Program-made: the position numbers and the translations under genes
The notes under the pieces: model-generated
Database searches by the model: none
What the model saw: the letters and a program-made list of their open reading frames with translations, nothing else
Told to the model about the DNA's origin: nothing
Part shown: positions 60,255 through 64,000 of the stretch, piece after piece
Numbering within the stretch: position 1 is the stretch's first letter
Layout: each line of letters opens with the position of its first letter
Source of the DNA: Candidatus Amesbacteria bacterium
GTDB taxonomy: Bacteria > Patescibacteriota > Microgenomatia > CAZETR01 > Amesbacteraceae
Length of the DNA stretch: 64,000 nt
Direction: 5' to 3'
NCBI GenBank assembly: GCA_027331445.1
Contig: DAHWUD010000002.1
Span: 13,018 to 77,017 of the forward strand

Positions 60255-60809
60255 CTACCTCCACTTTTCCTCTCTTATCCCCGTCTGGTAATTCACCCAC
60301 CTCCCGATCGTAAACAGCGCATCCGACAACCGATTTAAATATTTAAGAACCGCTTCTCTTTCTCCCTCTTTAACCAAAGAGGGAGATGCCCCGACGGGAG
60401 AGGGAGTTTGAAGTAGTGCCACTACCTCCCGTTCCGCTCTCCGACAGACGGCTCTGGCGAACTGCAAATATCCCACCGGATAAATAAATTTATCTAATTT
60501 GGGCATTTGTTCGGTCAGTGTGTCAATCAGTTTTTCCAAATGGCCCACTTCCCCCGGTCTGATTTTTTTTCGGCTCCCCGCCAGCCCGGAAGCGATCGTC
60601 ATCAGGTTGTTCTGCGCCCGCTCCAATTCTCCGTCAATTTTTGTGAATTTGTGATTGGAATTTTGAATTTCGTTTCTGCACACCCCCATCCCGCTGTTTG
60701 CTTCATCAATTGCCCCTAGGGCTTGCGCCAATTTATCCGTCTTGCTCATCCTGCCCCCCCCGATCACTCCGGTTGTCCCTTTGTCCCCCGTCCTGGTATA
60801 AATCGGCAT
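60255..60809 (-). CDS. PduO-type cob(I)alamin adenosyltransferase
   Basis: IYTRTGDKGTT, GAIDEANS, RAVCRRAER, YLNRLSD; start at ATG 60809. Confidence 0.93.
   Translation of the reverse strand: MPIYTRTGDKGTTGVIGGGRMSKTDKLAQALGAIDEANSGMGVCRNEIQNSNHKFTKIDGELERAQNNLMTIASGLAGSRKKIRPGEVGHLEKLIDTLTEQMPKLDKFIYPVGYLQFARAVCRRAEREVVALLQTPSPVGASPSLVKEGEREAVLKYLNRLSDALFTIGRWVNYQTGIREEKWR
60362..60408. repeat. Palindromic repeat inserted in frame within the PduO-type gene
   Basis: CTCCCTCTTT-AACC-AAAGAGGGAG..CCC-GAC-GGG..GGAGTT encoding TPSPVGASPSLVKEGE. Confidence 0.65.
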
Positions 60810-60814
60810 AACGT

Positions 60815-61405
60815 TTACTCTTGCTTTTTCAGCTGCTGCAGCGCGTACACCAGGTAGTGGTGAATATCTCCGTGCAGTCCTTCCACATATCCGTAATGTT
60901 CCCTGGGCACCCACACCACGATATCCGCTATCTCCTTCAGTTTTCCGCCCTTATATCCCACCATCGCCCCCGTCTTCATCCCCCGTTTTTTTGCCCATAA
61001 AGCAGCCTTTACCACATTCGGGCTGTTTCCGCTGGAGCTCACCATAATCACCATGTCTTTCCTCTTGGGAGCCATGTTCTTCAATTGCTCCACGAACACG
61101 TTTTCGTATCCCAGATCGTTGGCGAGGGCCGTCATCCAGGCCACATTATCCGTCAAAGCCACCGTATTAAACCGCTTTTCTTTATGGTTGGTGTGATCCG
61201 TCACTGTGTTTTTTCCGATATCTGCCGCCATATGCGAAGCGATGCTGGCGCTGCCCCCGTTACCCATAAAGTAAATCGTCCCCCCGTCTTTATATACCTG
61301 CCACATCATCTCCGCCATTTTTTCCATCTCTGCCGTCTCCACCTCCAGCACCGCTTTTTTGAACTCCTCCCAGTATTCCTTGGTAAATTTTTTCAGCGTT
61401 TTCAT
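60815..61405 (-). CDS. gmhA: Phosphoheptose isomerase (SIS domain)
   Basis: GNGGSA..ASH, TALANDLGY..VF..Q, SSSGNSPNV. Confidence 0.88.
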   Translation of the reverse strand: MKTLKKFTKEYWEEFKKAVLEVETAEMEKMAEMMWQVYKDGGTIYFMGNGGSASIASHMAADIGKNTVTDHTNHKEKRFNTVALTDNVAWMTALANDLGYENVFVEQLKNMAPKRKDMVIMVSSSGNSPNVVKAALWAKKRGMKTGAMVGYKGGKLKEIADIVVWVPREHYGYVEGLHGDIHHYLVYALQQLKKQE

Positions 61406-62379
61406 TTGCGGATATTAAATATAACCTTACTTCCGTCCCTTGACAAGCCGACAGGCATCTCCCGCATTCCGGGCAATGCCCTCCGCACCGCCGCCCGTTT
61501 TTCACTGGGCACGAACAACGTTAAAAATCCGCCGCCCCCGGCCCCGGAAATTTTCCCTCCCCACGCCCCCGCCCGCTTGGCCGCCGCATAGATTCTGTCG
61601 ATTTCCGCGTCCGAAATTTTAGCCGCCAATGTTTTTTTCAGTTTCCACCCCGCATCCATTAGTTTCCCCAATTTGGCCATTTCTCCCCGCTCCAGCAGCT
61701 TTTTAGCTTCCCGGGCCTGGCCGGCCATTTCCAGTAACACCTTATTCTTCTTCTCGATATTATTTTTCTGCTCCGTCAGAATTGAACTCGCCTGCCGCGT
61801 CCTGCCCGTAAAAAACACCATCATTTGCTTCTGCACGTCATCCCACGTCTGGGGCGAAATCTCCACTTTCTCCGCCATCACCAGCCCCGACTTCATAAAC
61901 TCCAGTGTCCGCACCCCCCCGTAAGCCGCAATGTATTGGTCCTGCACCCCGATCGGTTTGCCCAGAATCTCAATTTCAATTTCACAGGCCTCCCGGGCCA
62001 GCCTTTCCGCATCTACTGCCTCGCCTCTGAATTGGTATAACGCGTTCAGTACTCCCACCGTCACCGAGCTGGACGACCCCAGCCCGGATCCCGCCGCCGG
62101 AATGTCCGACAAAAAAGTGATCTCAATTCCGCCGTCCACCCCGGTTTTTTTCATCGCTTCCCGCACCAGTTCGTGTTTCAGATCGCCGGCTTTCTCCACA
62201 ATCTCTTTCACCGAATAATTCACGTAAATCTGCTTATCAAATCTTTCTTTGACGATGCAGTAGACATACTTATCAATCGCCGTCGTCACCACGTAGCCGC
62301 CGTATTTTCGGTAAAAATCAGGGAAATCCGTCCCCCCGCCCAGAAACGAAATCCTCAGGGGGGTCTGGGTAATAATCAT
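61402..62379 (-). CDS. hddA: D-glycero-alpha-D-manno-heptose-7-phosphate kinase (GHMP)
   Basis: PLRISFLGGGTD, GSGLGSSS, GVQDQY, GAGGGGF. Confidence 0.85.
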   Translation of the reverse strand: MIITQTPLRISFLGGGTDFPDFYRKYGGYVVTTAIDKYVYCIVKERFDKQIYVNYSVKEIVEKAGDLKHELVREAMKKTGVDGGIEITFLSDIPAAGSGLGSSSSVTVGVLNALYQFRGEAVDAERLAREACEIEIEILGKPIGVQDQYIAAYGGVRTLEFMKSGLVMAEKVEISPQTWDDVQKQMMVFFTGRTRQASSILTEQKNNIEKKNKVLLEMAGQAREAKKLLERGEMAKLGKLMDAGWKLKKTLAAKISDAEIDRIYAAAKRAGAWGGKISGAGGGGFLTLFVPSEKRAAVRRALPGMREMPVGLSRDGSKVIFNIRK

Positions 62380-62395
62380 ATATGAGGATTATACC

Positions 62396-62509
62396 TTACT
62401 CGCAGCACGGATCCTTGTATCCGCAGTTTTGGCATGTCGCCTCTTTGCTCCCCGCCCTGTTTCCGATCACATAGCCGCACCCCGGACACTCCTGAATCCC
62501 GAATTTCAT
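62396..62509 (-). CDS. 37-aa zinc-ribbon microprotein (not in ORF track)
   Basis: MKFGIQECPGCGYVIGNRAGSKEATCQNCGYKDPCCE. Confidence 0.7.
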   Translation of the reverse strand: MKFGIQECPGCGYVIGNRAGSKEATCQNCGYKDPCCE

Positions 62510-62542
62510 ATTTATTTGTAATTTGTGCTTTGAATTTTATTC

Positions 62543-64000
62543 TCAGCACTCGCTGTATCCGCAGCCATAGCATTTCTTGCACCCCTCCTCAAACACCAGC
62601 GTTGCCTCCCCGCATGACGGGCAAATATCCGCCTTCTTACCTACCGGCAGCGTCAGTTGTCCCGCCGCGTCCGCCGCCGCTCCGTTCGTCAAACTCATTT
62701 GTTCCGCTATTTCTTGAACCTTGGTACTTGAATCCTGAACTTTATCCTGGTGTGTTCCTACCAGCCCGAAGTGCATCCCGATCGCTTTGGCCACCGCATC
62801 CGGCAGGCTCCTCACCCTGTTGGGGCCAAATCCCACCGATCTGCCTCCGCCGATCCCCTGCAGTTGCTGCATTATTTCCCGCGCCCGCTCTTTAGCCGGC
62901 AGGTGATTCCCAAACCGCAGCGTGGTCGAAATTAATCTGCCCAAAGCCTCCGCCATTGCCGCCACCTCCGACCCTGCCCGGCCGATCACCACAAACACCT
63001 CAAACGGGTTGCCGTCCGCGTCATGATTTACGGTAATAAACGCGCTTCCCAAAGGCGTCTCAATCCGGTATGTTGACCCGTCCACTTTCACCGGCCTCGG
63101 TTTAATGCCTTGCGCTTCCGCCGCTTCCTGAACTTTGGACATTGAATCCTGGACCTTTTCTTTAGTCCCGAGGTTTAACACCTGTTCCCCCTTGCTCCCG
63201 TCACGAAATACTGTAATTCCCCGGCATCCTGTCTCCCAGGCCAGCATATAAGCCTTTTTCACATCCTCCACCGTTGCGTCGTGCGGCAGATTAATCGTCT
63301 TGGACACGCCGTTATCGGTGTACTTCTGAAATGCCGCCTGCATCCGTACATGCCAGTCCGGGGTAATCTCATGCGCCGTCCCGAACGCTCTCCGCACCGC
63401 CTCCGGAATTTCCTCTATCTGTCGCACCGTTCCGTGTTCGGCCACTTTGCCCATCAACTCCTCGCTGTAAAATCCGTCTCTTTTCGCCGCCTCCTCAAAC
63501 AGGGGATTTACAAACTTCAGTGTCCGCCCTTCACTCTTCACAATATGCTGGTAAGCAATCGCGAACAATGGCTCGCATCCCCCCGAAGTATTTGCCAGAA
63601 TTCCGATCGACCCCGTCGGCGCGATCGTAGTCACGGTACTGTTGCGCATCGGTCTTCTGACATAAATGCTTTCTTTCCAAAGCGGAAACGGTCCCCTCTC
63701 AAGGGCCAGTTCCTGCGACGTTTTATGCCCCTCTTCGTTGATTGTCTTCATCACCTTCTCCGCCAACTCCAGCGCCTCTACGCTGTCATACGGAATACCC
63801 AGCTCGACGAGCATGTCCGCCCAGCCTCCGATTCCCATTCCGATTCGCCTGATCTGTCGCACCACCTCTTTAATCTGCGGCAGGGGAAACGGGTTCATTT
63901 CAATCACGCTGTCCAAAAACCTGGTCGCCGTCCGCGCCGTCTGCCGTAATTTTTCCCAATCTACTTCGGCTTGCCCTGATCCTGCCGAATGGGTGACATA
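62543..64000 (-). CDS. nrdJ: Class II (B12-dependent) ribonucleotide reductase, 5' part outside the window
   Basis: RRIGMGIGG, TIAPTGS, SGGCEP, SKTINLP, GCRGITVFRDGS, C-terminal zinc ribbon ending CGYSEC. Confidence 0.95.
   Translation of the reverse strand, partial: YVTHSAGSGQAEVDWEKLRQTARTATRFLDSVIEMNPFPLPQIKEVVRQIRRIGMGIGGWADMLVELGIPYDSVEALELAEKVMKTINEEGHKTSQELALERGPFPLWKESIYVRRPMRNSTVTTIAPTGSIGILANTSGGCEPLFAIAYQHIVKSEGRTLKFVNPLFEEAAKRDGFYSEELMGKVAEHGTVRQIEEIPEAVRRAFGTAHEITPDWHVRMQAAFQKYTDNGVSKTINLPHDATVEDVKKAYMLAWETGCRGITVFRDGSKGEQVLNLGTKEKVQDSMSKVQEAAEAQGIKPRPVKVDGSTYRIETPLGSAFITVNHDADGNPFEVFVVIGRAGSEVAAMAEALGRLISTTLRFGNHLPAKERAREIMQQLQGIGGGRSVGFGPNRVRSLPDAVAKAIGMHFGLVGTHQDKVQDSSTKVQEIAEQMSLTNGAAADAAGQLTLPVGKKADICPSCGEATLVFEEGCKKCYGCGYSEC

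Overview
A 64-kb chromosomal segment, most likely from a Patescibacteria/CPR (Microgenomates-like) bacterium. This placement is inferred from gene content (sortase, archaeal-type ATP-dependent ligase, stand-alone VirD4-like ATPase, NrdJ, stand-alone 5'-3' exonuclease) and the unlinked rRNA genes; genetic code 11 fits. Most genes are on the minus strand. Housekeeping genes include rho, radA, rpsA, pyrG, trxAB, pth, recF, mutM, ftsH, trpS and nrdJ. The 16S gene is separated from tRNA-Ala-23S-5S by about 4.7 kb of protein genes, and the 23S carries a group I intron with an I-CreI-like endonuclease. Most notable: (1) an integrase-less, integron-like array of four small gene cassettes stacked at the 3' end of a tRNA(CAT), bounded by conserved palindrome + CCCCGCAACA + hairpin sites, with a tyrosine recombinase 1.4 kb away; (2) a Trp T-box with an apparent ultrashort stem I, controlling two uncharacterised enzymes and a YbaK-TrpRS fusion; (3) a tRNA-Ile(UAU); (4) a tRNA-Ile duplicate interrupted at the anticodon; (5) a circularly permuted DsbA; (6) a ~58-bp MITE-like repeat and heptamer repeats inserted in frame into proteins; (7) widespread leaderless-type promoters and several pseudogenes. 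All calls were made by eye from the sequence and ORF track; no searches were run.
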